A stretch of 64,000 bases of DNA from a virus (lineage: Duplodnaviria; Caudoviricetes). The stretch lies in IMG/VR virus record IMGVR_UViG_3300033121_002239, positions 9,025 through 73,024 of that record. One strand, given 5' to 3'. Position 1 is the stretch's first letter. Every line of letters starts with the position of its first letter. Shown piece by piece: positions 52,231 to 61,440 of the stretch. The position numbers and the translations under genes were made by a program. The notes under the pieces are model-generated. The model was not told the DNA's origin. It saw nothing but the letters and a program-made list of their open reading frames with translations, and did not search any database.

Positions 52231-53750
52231 GCGAGGGGGTCTCCTGGCCCCCTTGTGGGGGGCTTGGTAAGGGGGTCACTGAGGGGCTTGGAAAGGGGGT
52301 GGTGAAGGGGCTTCGGAGGGGCTTCGGAAGCCCCTTCGGAGGGGGTCACGGAGGGGCTGTCGAGATCCTCGTCGACGTCGGACTCGTCCTCGAACACGCC
52401 GTGGAGGAGCTGTTGCACCGACCCGTCGGCCGCGATCTCCTCGAAGGGCTCGTCCGCGGTGGGCTCCGTGCCGTCCCACTTCTGGGGCATGGTCCCGGCC
52501 TCGATGAGCTCCGTGATGCGCAGGGCCTCTTCCGCGTTGAGGATGTCCACGCGCGGGCGACCGAGCGCGTCGGCTGCGGCGTTCACCTCGGCCTGGATGG
52601 CGAGCACGCGCTGAAGGGACCTTCGGCGGCCGTCGAGAGTGATCGGCCCCATGCGGTTCTGGTTCGGGACGAGCGACCCGTCCTTGCGCTTCTCCCCGCC
52701 TGGCTTGCGGAGGCGGAGCGGCGGCGTGCGCAGCTCCCGGTAGAGGTCGCGCAAGCCCCGGAGCGGCGCGAGGTAGCACCAGTTGGGGTTCTGGAGGATG
52801 CGTTCGAGGGCGCGGTCCTCGGTGGCGAGCGGGCACCCGACGCAGCCCGTCCGCGCGCCCGACTCCTCGGCCTCCTTGCCGCCATAGGCGTCGGCGAGGA
52901 GCGTCGTCGTCCAGTCGCCGTACTCGGGGCGCGGGGCCCACGTGCGGAGCCACTCCCAGACGTGGCACACGCGCCAGTGGACGATCGGCGCGAGCGTGTC
53001 GCACACCGACTGCGGGAGCGTCTCCTGATACCAGCCCTGCCCGCACTCGGCGTCGCCACGCGAGCACGACATCGCGATCCGTCCGTCGCGCACGGCCGAC
53101 TCGCCCTGACGCACGCCCGTGAGGACGAGGATCTTGTTCGGGTTGGGCGCACCCTCGGGGAGGTCCTTCGGGACGAAGGTTCGGTAGACGCGCTTCCCGG
53201 TGACCTTCCCCTTCTTCGTCGTCTGCGCGACGTATTCCCCGAGTCCGAGCGACACGCCGAGCGCTTCGAGCGCGCGCCGCATCGGCTCGATCTTGATCTT
53301 CTCGGTGCACCACCGGAGCGTCCCGTTGTTGGGCGGCGGGACGCCGCGACCGAGCATGTACACGAGGAAGCGCCGGTCGAGCGGCGCCATCACCGTCTCG
53401 ACGCGAAGCTCGCACCCGAGCGCGGCGAGGGCCTCGCGCTTGTCCTCGAGTTCGTCGCGGATCGACTGCGCCGAGAGCCAGAGGGGCGTGAGCTCCATCC
53501 GCGTGTCGGCGTAGAGGACCGTGAGCGAGAGCGGCGCCGGGATCAGGCCCGCGAGGATCAGGTACACCACCAGCGTGAGGAGCGCCGTGGAGTCCTTCCC
53601 TCCGCTCCACGCGATCGCCCAATGCGGTCGCGTCGTGGCGTAGGCGGCGAGCGACGCGATCGTGAGTTCGATCGACTCGTCCATCTGGAGCCGCGCAGTC
53701 TTGAAGGGCAACTGCGGGTGCTTCCGCGCCGGTCCTTTCTTGCGCGTCAT
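52227..53750 (-). CDS. PAPS-reductase/DndC-like PP-loop protein
   Basis: WSGGKDS, RWCT..KI.P, GVRQGESAVR, ARTGCVGCP. Confidence 0.8.
   Translation of the reverse strand: MTRKKGPARKHPQLPFKTARLQMDESIELTIASLAAYATTRPHWAIAWSGGKDSTALLTLVVYLILAGLIPAPLSLTVLYADTRMELTPLWLSAQSIRDELEDKREALAALGCELRVETVMAPLDRRFLVYMLGRGVPPPNNGTLRWCTEKIKIEPMRRALEALGVSLGLGEYVAQTTKKGKVTGKRVYRTFVPKDLPEGAPNPNKILVLTGVRQGESAVRDGRIAMSCSRGDAECGQGWYQETLPQSVCDTLAPIVHWRVCHVWEWLRTWAPRPEYGDWTTTLLADAYGGKEAEESGARTGCVGCPLATEDRALERILQNPNWCYLAPLRGLRDLYRELRTPPLRLRKPGGEKRKDGSLVPNQNRMGPITLDGRRRSLQRVLAIQAEVNAAADALGRPRVDILNAEEALRITELIEAGTMPQKWDGTEPTADEPFEEIAADGSVQQLLHGVFEDESDVDEDLDSPSVTPSEGASEAPPKPLHHPLSKPLSDPLTKPPTRGPGDPLA
52252..52358. repeat. 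Second cluster of degenerate 11-12 bp iteron-like repeats
   Basis: About 9 units, most ending AGGGG, with exact CTTCGGAGGGG at 52311 and 52334. Confidence 0.7.
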
Positions 53751-54709
53751 GCGGCCTCCTGTTGGTCATCGCCCCACACACGGGCGCACGTGAGCGTATG
53801 GCCCTCCCCCGGCGGCGCGAGGCAGGTGCAGGGCGGGAGGGCGCGGCCCTTGCCGACGACGCGAAACACACACTCACACGGCCGCGCGTCGCGGCTGTCT
53901 TCGGCGAGCACCGGGAGCGAGCGCACGCGCTTCTTCGCGTCGGCCCAGAACGTTTGTTGGGGGATGCGCTCGGTCGGCACCACGCCCGCGCGGACCATCT
54001 CCGCGAAGATCGGCTCCAGCTCCTCCAACGAGATCCCGTTGAGGATCGTGTACCCGATGTCGGCCTCGGCCTCCTTCGCGCGCGCCCACACGTCCGGCCG
54101 CGTCACGTACACGACGAACCAGTGTTGGCGCCCGGCCTTGAGGCATCCGACGCAGTTGGCGTGTTTGAACGTGCTGTAGCTGAGCGGCGGTTCGATGCCG
54201 AGCTCGCGCGTGCTCTGGATCGTCCGCCGCCACAGCGCGAGCGGGTAGTCCGAGCGCCACCCGTCCGCCCCGAGGATGGACGCGCGACGGCGGATGCGGT
54301 CGGTCTCGTGCGCGTCGAAGCCGTAGTAGATCGTGGTGACGGCCGGGTCGGCGTTCGCCGCGAGCCACGCGCGAAACGGCGCGGTCTTGAGGTAGTGGGT
54401 GCAGAGCACGTGGCCGTTCGCGCCCTTGAAGGCCCCCGCGTCGCGCACCACGTCGAACTGGTCCATCGTGTCCCATTCGGGGTGATTCGCGTAGGTGATC
54501 GGGAGCCCGAGGTGCGCGGCCACGTCGCGCTTGAAGCGCTTCACGTCGGCGTCTTCGGAGCGCTCGTGAATGTCGTGGTTGAGCAGCACCACGTCGCGTT
54601 TGCCGTAGCGACGCACGACCTCGACTGCGACGAGCGCCGAGGAGTGACCGCCTGAGAAGCACACCACGTGGGCGGGCGCGGCGAGGTTGAAGAGGGTCAG
54701 CGGTGTCAC
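53747..54709 (-). CDS. Second PP-loop (adenine nucleotide alpha hydrolase) protein
   Basis: FSGGHSS, EDADV.RF, YGFDAHE, HANCVGCLKAG..HW. Confidence 0.75.
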   Translation of the reverse strand: MTPLTLFNLAAPAHVVCFSGGHSSALVAVEVVRRYGKRDVVLLNHDIHERSEDADVKRFKRDVAAHLGLPITYANHPEWDTMDQFDVVRDAGAFKGANGHVLCTHYLKTAPFRAWLAANADPAVTTIYYGFDAHETDRIRRRASILGADGWRSDYPLALWRRTIQSTRELGIEPPLSYSTFKHANCVGCLKAGRQHWFVVYVTRPDVWARAKEAEADIGYTILNGISLEELEPIFAEMVRAGVVPTERIPQQTFWADAKKRVRSLPVLAEDSRDARPCECVFRVVGKGRALPPCTCLAPPGEGHTLTCARVWGDDQQEAA

Positions 54710-54978
54710 ACGCGCCTCCCCAGGAGTGCGTTCCAGCGCGGCTTCGGCGGCGGCGGGAGCTTCGGGGCCGTCAGGCAACGGTCGGCGTGGAGGAGGTCCT
54801 CGGCGCGCTCCGACCACCGCCCGCAGTCCGCGCAGCGGAAGCCCTCACGGATGCCGCCCTTGTCGCACGGGTTGTCCGTGACCTCGGCGGCCACGGTCGA
54901 GCAGCCAGAGGGGCCGGGGCACGTCTCGCCGCGCGCTTCGTAGAGGCAGTAGTGCCCCCTCGACGGAGTGACCCTCAT
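54706..54978 (-). CDS. Small Cys-rich protein
   Basis: Several Cys including CADCG. Confidence 0.45.
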   Translation of the reverse strand: MRVTPSRGHYCLYEARGETCPGPSGCSTVAAEVTDNPCDKGGIREGFRCADCGRWSERAEDLLHADRCLTAPKLPPPPKPRWNALLGRRV

Positions 54979-55610
54979 GCCGCCAGCTCCTCGGCGTCCT
55001 CGGCCTGGTCGTCGCGTGACCGCGGCGCGGCGGGGTCGCGCTGCTGAAGGAGCGGCCAGAGCCCCGCCGCGCGCACCGCGCGGAGAAGGGCGCGGTGCAG
55101 GGCGCCGTGCTTCTCCATCGGCGCGGTCTCGACACGGTCGCCCTCGATCGCCCACGCGGCGTCACGGCCTTTGCGGGGCGACTGGAGGCCCTGTCGCTGG
55201 TCGAGCGCGAGCGCGGTGTAGACCGCCGCCGGGAGGACGAGGATCACCTGCGCGCGGACGGGGGTGAAGTTTGCGTCGGTGATCGGGTCGAGCGCGGTGA
55301 AGAGGTGCCGCGGCGCGAGAAGTAGAAGTTGTTCGAAGAGCTCCCCGTCGCGCGCGATCGGCCCCACCCACACCACCCCATCGGTACGCGTCCACGCGAG
55401 CGTGTGGCGGCGCGTCGAGAGCGCCCACTCCGCCGTGTGCTCGTGCGACTTCACCCAGGGGTCGAGACGCTGGCGGTACTCGTGGACGGCCCGCTCCAGC
55501 CGCTCGCGCACGCGCGCGGGGAGCCGCTCCCAGGCCGCGACGGTCGTGTAGAGCACGGCCTGCGGAAGACCTGACGGGAGGCGCGAGCGGAGCGGGAGGC
55601 GGACGGTCAC
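54975..55610 (-). CDS. Hypothetical protein
   Basis: Coupled ORF. Confidence 0.5.
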   Translation of the reverse strand: MTVRLPLRSRLPSGLPQAVLYTTVAAWERLPARVRERLERAVHEYRQRLDPWVKSHEHTAEWALSTRRHTLAWTRTDGVVWVGPIARDGELFEQLLLLAPRHLFTALDPITDANFTPVRAQVILVLPAAVYTALALDQRQGLQSPRKGRDAAWAIEGDRVETAPMEKHGALHRALLRAVRAAGLWPLLQQRDPAAPRSRDDQAEDAEELAA

Positions 55611-56419
55611 GGCCCGATCTCCAGAGCGAGCCGCACGCCCGTGACCTCGACCTCACCCGGCGCGACGAGCGTCCCCCAGACCGGCACGCCGCCGAGCATC
55701 ACGCGCACGCACCCGTCGGCGACGTCGTCGGACGTGGGTGCGACGGGAAACCGCGCCGACCTCGGCGGGTAGACCTCGGCGTCCGTTTCGCCCGTGGCCT
55801 CCGTGGGCTCCTCCACGGGCGGGGCCTGGATCGGTTCCGGTGTCGGCTCCGTGACCTCGGGGAGTTCGATCACGCGCGACGGCGGCGCGTCGGCGAGGGC
55901 GGTGACCGCCGCCTCGGGCGCGCGCAGTCCGAGGGCCGCGACGGCGGCCTCGGGCGAGAGGCCCTGCGACCGGAGCACCTGCGCGCGCGTCCGATGCCGC
56001 TTGCAGAGCAGCCGCAGGGCTTTGGGAAGCGTCGGCTTGTGGCGCTGCGGGACGTCGCCGCAGACCGCGCACACGCCTTCGGGCTGAATGAACGCGGGCG
56101 CCCGCGCGGTCTCGGGCTCCGACGCCGGAGCGGCGGGAGGCTCCTTGCGCGTCGCGACGGGCGCCGACGGAACGGGCTGCGGCGCGTCCTCGACCTCGCC
56201 GAGCGGGGCGGGTGCCTCGCGTCGGACGAGCCACGCTTCGAGGACCTTGCGCGCCTCGCGCGGCGCGTCGGGGTGCCACTCGGCCACCGCGCGGTTCTTC
56301 ACGATCGCGTCCCACGAGCGCCCTGCGCGCGCGCGGGCCTCGTCGACCGTGGCGCACGGGTTCCGCGCCTCGACCGCGCCCTTCTTCACCTGCACGACTT
56401 CGTACGGCCACACCTTCAT
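55607..56419 (-). CDS. Hypothetical protein with central CxxC...C motif
   Basis: CAVCG..LCKRH; Pro/Glu-rich linkers. Confidence 0.5.
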   Translation of the reverse strand: MKVWPYEVVQVKKGAVEARNPCATVDEARARAGRSWDAIVKNRAVAEWHPDAPREARKVLEAWLVRREAPAPLGEVEDAPQPVPSAPVATRKEPPAAPASEPETARAPAFIQPEGVCAVCGDVPQRHKPTLPKALRLLCKRHRTRAQVLRSQGLSPEAAVAALGLRAPEAAVTALADAPPSRVIELPEVTEPTPEPIQAPPVEEPTEATGETDAEVYPPRSARFPVAPTSDDVADGCVRVMLGGVPVWGTLVAPGEVEVTGVRLALEIGP

Positions 56420-56469
56420 GGGAGTCCCCTTCCGCGCGCGGCCCGTCTCGTGGGCCGTCCTGCGCGTGT

Positions 56470-56871
56470 TCACCGCGTGCCCCGCAGCCGCGCGATCTCC
56501 GCGGCGAAGAGGCGCCACATCTCGTCCTCGTCCTTCGGACCCTTCGCCCGCACGGCCGCGAGCGCCTGCATGGCGAGCGCGCGCCGCTCCGCCGCAACGT
56601 CGTCCGTGAGCCAATGCCATCGCCAGGGCGTGTTGCCCTCCAGGCGCACGATCTCGAGGTCCTCGGTGACCACGTGCAGCCGTGTCGGGCGCGGGTCACC
56701 GCGACGGCGCCAGCACTTCGAAATCACGCCGCGCCGCCGCTCGCCGGTCTCGCGGTGATGCACGAGGACCTTCCACCCCACGTAGGGCGCGCGCTGTTGC
56801 GCCTCCATCGCGTCGAGCTCGTCGTCTTCGCGCGTCGGCGCGCGAAACACCGTGTGGTTCAGGAAGATCAT
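56470..56871 (-). CDS. Hypothetical protein
   Basis: ATGA-coupled. Confidence 0.5.
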   Translation of the reverse strand: MIFLNHTVFRAPTREDDELDAMEAQQRAPYVGWKVLVHHRETGERRRGVISKCWRRRGDPRPTRLHVVTEDLEIVRLEGNTPWRWHWLTDDVAAERRALAMQALAAVRAKGPKDEDEMWRLFAAEIARLRGTR

Positions 56872-57461
56872 GCAGACCTCCGCAGGCCCGCCCAAAGGGC
56901 GAAGGCGCCAAACGCGGCGAAGGCCGCGAGATCGACGACGAGGGCGCTCACCGCCGCACCCACACCGAGGTGTCGCAGCGGTCGAGCACCGCGAGCGTCG
57001 CGACGTTGCGAAACGCGGGCCGCGCCCACGGCGCCTCGCACTCGACCGAGTGATGCACGCACGTCGCGAGGTGCTCGGTGCCGTGGACGCGTCCGCACGG
57101 ACACGGCCCCGACTCGACGTGCGTCGGGAAGAAGCTCCGCGTGCGACGGCTCGCGCGCCTCACGGCCGCGCCTCGCGCCCGAGGTCGTGGGCGACGTGCG
57201 CGATCACCCCGTACGCGACCGCGCCCGCGAGAGCGAAGGGGCTCCGCTGCGCGACGGCCGCGACGAGGCACGCGACCCCAAGGGCCGCGGCGACGACGAC
57301 GGCGCACGCATCGAGGAGCCGCGCGACGAAAAGCGACGCCCTTCGCTCCAGCTTTTCGATTCGTACGCGTCGCGTCGAAACTTCGCTTGACGCAGGCACG
57401 TTCAAAGGCGACGTTCCGCGTGCGACATTCGTCGCACCAGGGCAGGATGAACGAAGGGACC

Positions 57462-57803
57462 TCACGGACACCTCACGGTGCGGCGTGCGCGGCGCGGACG
57501 CGTCGTTTGCGTCGCGGCGTGCGACACGGCGGCGAGGATGCGCTCGGCGGGCGGGGGCTCCCCCTCGCCGCGCACGAGCCAGTCGAGCGAGACGCCCGCG
57601 ACGGCGGCGATCGAGACGACCGTGTGCGCGCCGAGGTTGCCGCGCTTCCCCTGGAGGATCACGCGGACGTGCGAGCGGTCGAGGCCCGCGAGGACCGAGA
57701 GGCGGGTGGCCGTGATCTGCGCAGCCTTGAGGATCAGGCGGACGTTTCGCGCCAGGGTGCGACCGATGTCGCGGAATGTCGGCGTCTTGGGCGGACAGCA
57801 CAT
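57462..57803 (-). CDS. Cro-like XRE HTH regulator
   Basis: ITATRLSVLAGLDRSHVRVILQG..IAAVAGVSLDWLVRGEG; divergent from the repressor. Confidence 0.75.
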   Translation of the reverse strand: MCCPPKTPTFRDIGRTLARNVRLILKAAQITATRLSVLAGLDRSHVRVILQGKRGNLGAHTVVSIAAVAGVSLDWLVRGEGEPPPAERILAAVSHAATQTTRPRRARRTVRCP

Positions 57804-57809
57804 GTGACC

Positions 57810-57838
57810 TTTGTAGCCAAGCGGACAAAGATCGTCAA
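57810..57838 (-). promoter_or_regulatory. Leftward early promoter
   Basis: TTGACG, 17 nt, TACAAA on the minus strand. Confidence 0.7.
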
Positions 57839-57856
57839 GAAAAACGGAGAGCGGTA

Positions 57857-58522
57857 ATGATGACAGGCGAAGTCCGTGCGGATATTCTGGGGCGCGTGGA
57901 GCTCTTCGAGCGGATCATGGTTGCGGTGCGGCGGGGCGAGGAGCTCGGGATCTCGGTGTCCGCCCTCAGTCAGAAGATCGGCTCGAAGGACAAGATCCGC
58001 GCGTGGATCGTCCGCGGTTCGCAGGGGAAGCCCGTGCAGAAGGTCGCGATCGAGGACCTCCGGGTGATCGCGCGCGCGACGGGCGTGAACGAGAAGTGGC
58101 TGATCCACGAGCTCGGCGAGCCCTTCGCGAAGGACGCGCCCGCGCCGAAGGTCGAGTCGGACGTCTACATCCCCGACGTGGAGTCGGGGATGCGGCCGAA
58201 GCTCACGGGGGAGGTCGAGGCGGCGCTCGCCGAGGGCGCGGCGCACGCCACCCAGGAGCCCGCGCTGAAGTACTACGGCGACCTCCCGAACATCCACACT
58301 CTACTCCGCGAGGCGCAGAAGCGGCGGCCCGACATCGAGCGGTGGGTCTGGGAGCGCCTCCCGACGACGCCCATCGTCACGCAGGGGCGGGTCGCGCCGA
58401 CCGTCCACTCCATCCTCGGCCTGGCCGAGTACCTCGCGGAGAACGACGCGCCCCCGGCCGACGAGACGCGGGTGGGGGTTGCGCCGCTCGTCGTGTCGGT
58501 GCCGAAACGCTCGGCGCGCTAA
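57857..58522 (+). CDS. cI-like repressor (N-terminal HTH; no S24 peptidase motif seen)
   Basis: GISVSALSQKIG..IRAWIVRG..IARATGVNEKWLIHELGEP. Confidence 0.65.
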   Translation: MMTGEVRADILGRVELFERIMVAVRRGEELGISVSALSQKIGSKDKIRAWIVRGSQGKPVQKVAIEDLRVIARATGVNEKWLIHELGEPFAKDAPAPKVESDVYIPDVESGMRPKLTGEVEAALAEGAAHATQEPALKYYGDLPNIHTLLREAQKRRPDIERWVWERLPTTPIVTQGRVAPTVHSILGLAEYLAENDAPPADETRVGVAPLVVSVPKRSAR

Positions 58523-58788
58523 GGCTTCTTCTTGGGCCTGCCGGGGCCGCGGGGCTCGCGGGACGCGGGGGCTTCGAAGAGCTCCTGAAGGGTCGCGCAG
58601 CCGAGGGCGTTGGCGATCGCGACGAGCCGCGTGACGCCGACCGCGGGGAGGCTCCCCGCCTCGATCTTCCGCAGGTGCGTCGGGTCCACCCCGACCCGCT
58701 CGGCGAGCTCGTCTTGCGTGAGCCCGCGCGTCTCGCGGAGTTCGGCGATCCGACGACCCAGGTCTGCGAGCACGTCTGCGGCGTCCAC
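58519..58788 (-). CDS. XRE-family HTH regulator
   Basis: GRRIAELRETRGLTQDELAERVGVDPTHLRKIEAG. Confidence 0.85.
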   Translation of the reverse strand: MDAADVLADLGRRIAELRETRGLTQDELAERVGVDPTHLRKIEAGSLPAVGVTRLVAIANALGCATLQELFEAPASREPRGPGRPKKKP

Positions 58789-58902
58789 GTCCGCGATGTC
58801 GGCGGTTCGCGGGGCCGCAAAACAGCGCAGCGCTTGCGCTGTTTCTCGCTCGCATCGGATGCACTCTAGACGTTTTACTGAACATCTGTAGAGTACCGCC
58901 CC

Positions 58903-59310
58903 ATGCTCAGACCAGCCATGGGGCGACCGGAGCGGACGCAGGGCGTTGGGGCCCGTGTGCTCGCAGGAATCCCGGTGTCGCGCATCGAGGCGTGGGCCTC
59001 GCGGGTGCGCGCGGCGCGCGTCGGGCCGGGCGTGGAGGGCCTCGCCGCCGGGCAGGGCCTCGCGATCTACGTCCGCCCCCTGCCTCCCGACCTCGGGAGC
59101 TCCGAAGGCTTGCTCCTTTCGAGCGGCCTGCACGTCCGCCACGACCCCGACCCCGCCGTCGTCGCGCGCCGCGCGTACGTCCTCCTCGCGAGCCACCTCC
59201 TGCGCGGGACGCAGCCGACCGAGCGGGACGTGTGGTCGCTCGCCGCGCGCCTCGCGGCGGAAAAGGAACGCAGGAACTCCCTCGTTTTACGGCGCGTGCG
59301 ACAAAAGTAG
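58903..59310 (+). CDS. Hypothetical protein, possibly degenerate ImmA/IrrE-like fold
   Basis: IYV..EG..HV..RRAYVLLASHLL..ERDV..LAA resembles an IrrE layout but lacks HExxH. Confidence 0.35.
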   Translation: MLRPAMGRPERTQGVGARVLAGIPVSRIEAWASRVRAARVGPGVEGLAAGQGLAIYVRPLPPDLGSSEGLLLSSGLHVRHDPDPAVVARRAYVLLASHLLRGTQPTERDVWSLAARLAAEKERRNSLVLRRVRQK

Positions 59311-59349
59311 CAAAAGGCTCTTGACGACATTTGTCGCAGAGCGTACATA
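59295..59349 (+). promoter_or_regulatory. Rightward early promoter with operators
   Basis: TTGACG (59321), 17 nt, TACATA. TGCGACAAA/TTTGTCGCA inverted pair. Core nearly identical to the leftward promoter. Confidence 0.72.
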
Positions 59350-59396
59350 GGTCCTCGTTCCTGTCGCTCTTGCGCGGTGGGGACGGAGACCACGCC

Positions 59397-59615
59397 GTGC
59401 AAACCACCCCCTGTCCCTTCTGCGAAACCCCCCACGTCGTCACCGACCGTGACCGTCGCGATGACCACGGAAAGCCGGTCTCGGACGAGATCGCGCTGAT
59501 GACAGCGCACTTCCGCGTCGAGCTCGACGAGAAGCTCAAGCGGCCCTTCGAGCTCTTCGAGAAGCGCACGCCCCTCCGTCGCGTCCGCCGTGCGGCGAAG
59601 GTGGGTGCGCGATGA
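59397..59615 (+). CDS. Small protein with CPFC motif
   Basis: GTG start after GGAGA. Confidence 0.45.
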   Translation: MQTTPCPFCETPHVVTDRDRRDDHGKPVSDEIALMTAHFRVELDEKLKRPFELFEKRTPLRRVRRAAKVGAR

Positions 59616-59920
59616 GCGCCCCGTCGCCCCTCTTCATCGGTCGCGACCCGAACGTCGCGGCGCGTCTCCAGGCTGCGGCCGTGCTCGCCGCGATCGAGAA
59701 CGCCGACGGGTGGGTCGGGTGCTTCGGGCAGGAGCCGTTCACCGACGGCGACGAGGCCCGCCACGACGACATCCACGGAGGCGCTCTCGCCGATGCGCTC
59801 GGTCGCGGGCTCGACAGCGAGCAGCTCTCGGATGAGGAGCACGCGGCGCTCTGGCCGGTGTACCTCCCGATGCTGCGCGTTGAGATCGCGCGCCTCCAGC
59901 GCTCGAAGGGGGGTGCGTGA
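59612..59920 (+). CDS. Hypothetical protein
   Basis: Coupled early gene. Confidence 0.55.
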   Translation: MSAPSPLFIGRDPNVAARLQAAAVLAAIENADGWVGCFGQEPFTDGDEARHDDIHGGALADALGRGLDSEQLSDEEHAALWPVYLPMLRVEIARLQRSKGGA

Positions 59921-60237
59921 TGCACGAGGACGCAGAGCAGCTCGTCCGCTTCGACCTCTCACAGACCGCGCGACGCGCGGGTGATGCCTGTGCCGCCCTG
60001 GTGATCGAGACCGCGACGACGCCCGCGCAGTGGCTCGCCGCAGCGACCAACCTCCGGCGCGCGCGCACCTTTCTGGGCTCGCACGTACCGGGGCTCCACG
60101 CCGCCCACGAAGCGGCCGAGGCGCTCTCCCGCGGCGACCTCGACCGCGCTCTCGCGTCGCTCGCCGACGCCTGCGGGATGGAAGTTTCGCAGTGGATCTC
60201 GCTCGCGCGCGACGAGCGCGCGGAGGCGCAGTCGTGA
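59920..60237 (+). CDS. Hypothetical protein
   Basis: Coupled early gene. Confidence 0.55.
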   Translation: MHEDAEQLVRFDLSQTARRAGDACAALVIETATTPAQWLAAATNLRRARTFLGSHVPGLHAAHEAAEALSRGDLDRALASLADACGMEVSQWISLARDERAEAQS

Positions 60238-60566
60238 TCCCCGCGCACCACGCTTCGACCCGCTGTGAAGCCTGCGGCGCGGAGGGCCCCGTCGGCGCGC
60301 TCTCGGGGCTCTGCCCGGTCTGTGAAGACGACGTCGCGCTGCACATCGCGGCGCTCGAAGGCGTTGATCTCGTGCTCCCGGCCGCGCGGCTCTGCCCGGT
60401 CTGCGAACGCGAGACGGGCTCCGACCTCGCCGGGTGGAGCCTCTGCGCGGGGTGCCGCCAGCACGAGGCCCGCCTCATCGCGCTCGCACGTCTCGGGGCG
60501 TTCGTGGTGCCGGTGATGGACCGCGACCTCGGCGTCGCCGACCGTCTCGCGGGAGCGGCGTCGTGA
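60234..60566 (+). CDS. Double zinc-ribbon protein
   Basis: CEACG..CPVC and CPVC..CAGC. Confidence 0.55.
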   Translation: MIPAHHASTRCEACGAEGPVGALSGLCPVCEDDVALHIAALEGVDLVLPAARLCPVCERETGSDLAGWSLCAGCRQHEARLIALARLGAFVVPVMDRDLGVADRLAGAAS

Positions 60567-61426
60567 TCCCCGCGTTCGTCCACGCGCTCCGCCCCCTTCG
60601 CTCAAAGGGTGGCCCGGTGCACGTCTACGTGTTCGTGCCGGGGAAGGACCGGGCGAAGGCGCTCTGCCGCGAGGCCACCGACGCGATCGTCGCGAAGATC
60701 GACGGCGCCAAGGTCGTGACGCGCCTCGCGCGCTGCAAGGGGACGCGTACGCAGCCGCAGGGCTACGCGCGGCAGGTGCGGGTGCCCGACACGCGTGTGC
60801 TCGGCGGGCTCCACGCCGCCGCGTCCACGCTCCTCCGTCGAGGGTGGCGTGTCGAGATCGAGCGCGACGCCGACGTGGCGCCCGACGGCATCGCGCGCAG
60901 GCTCACGGTCGGGACGGCGTGGCGCGCGGTCGTCGCGTGCACCAACGCCTCGCACGTCCGCCGCGTCGTTGCTGCGGGGCGCGCCCCCTGTATCGGATGC
61001 GTGACGGAGAACGTCTGCCCCGTGTCCCTCACGGACGTGACGTGCCGCGTGGAGTCGCTGGTGTCCGAGGCCGTCTGTTCGTGGCTCCCGCTCGTGCTCC
61101 TGGGGACGCCCGCGGCGGAGCGTCACCGTGGCCGCAATGTCTTCGTCGAGGACGCGCGCGAGTACGCGGGGCACCTCCTCACGTTGCGCGACGGCCTGCC
61201 CGCGGCCGACGACGAGAGCGACTGGCAGGACGCCACGACGGCCCTGCACGAGGCCGCGCACGCCTGCTACGCGCTCGCCACGTGCGAGTTCGCAAACGAG
61301 GGGAGGCCCCGCCTTCTCGCGGAGGCGATCCGGCGCGCGCTCGTCGTGGGGGCGCTCGCGAAGAAGCTCCATGGGGAGCGCTACCGCGCGGCCGTAAGCG
61401 AGGCCCGCGCGATGAGTGTGCTGTGA
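60563..61426 (+). CDS. Hypothetical protein (contains HEAAH)
   Basis: GTGA-coupled; the HExxH may be coincidental. Confidence 0.5.
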   Translation: MIPAFVHALRPLRSKGGPVHVYVFVPGKDRAKALCREATDAIVAKIDGAKVVTRLARCKGTRTQPQGYARQVRVPDTRVLGGLHAAASTLLRRGWRVEIERDADVAPDGIARRLTVGTAWRAVVACTNASHVRRVVAAGRAPCIGCVTENVCPVSLTDVTCRVESLVSEAVCSWLPLVLLGTPAAERHRGRNVFVEDAREYAGHLLTLRDGLPAADDESDWQDATTALHEAAHACYALATCEFANEGRPRLLAEAIRRALVVGALAKKLHGERYRAAVSEARAMSVL

Positions 61427-61440
61427 AAGGAGTCGAAGAG

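Noticed and set aside
52227-53750. Complete Dnd phosphorothioation system
   Set aside because: Only a DndC/PAPS-reductase-like gene is present; no dndA, B, D or E recognisable.
60563-61426. HEAAH as a zinc metalloprotease site
   Set aside because: No supporting third ligand or fold context is recognisable by eye.
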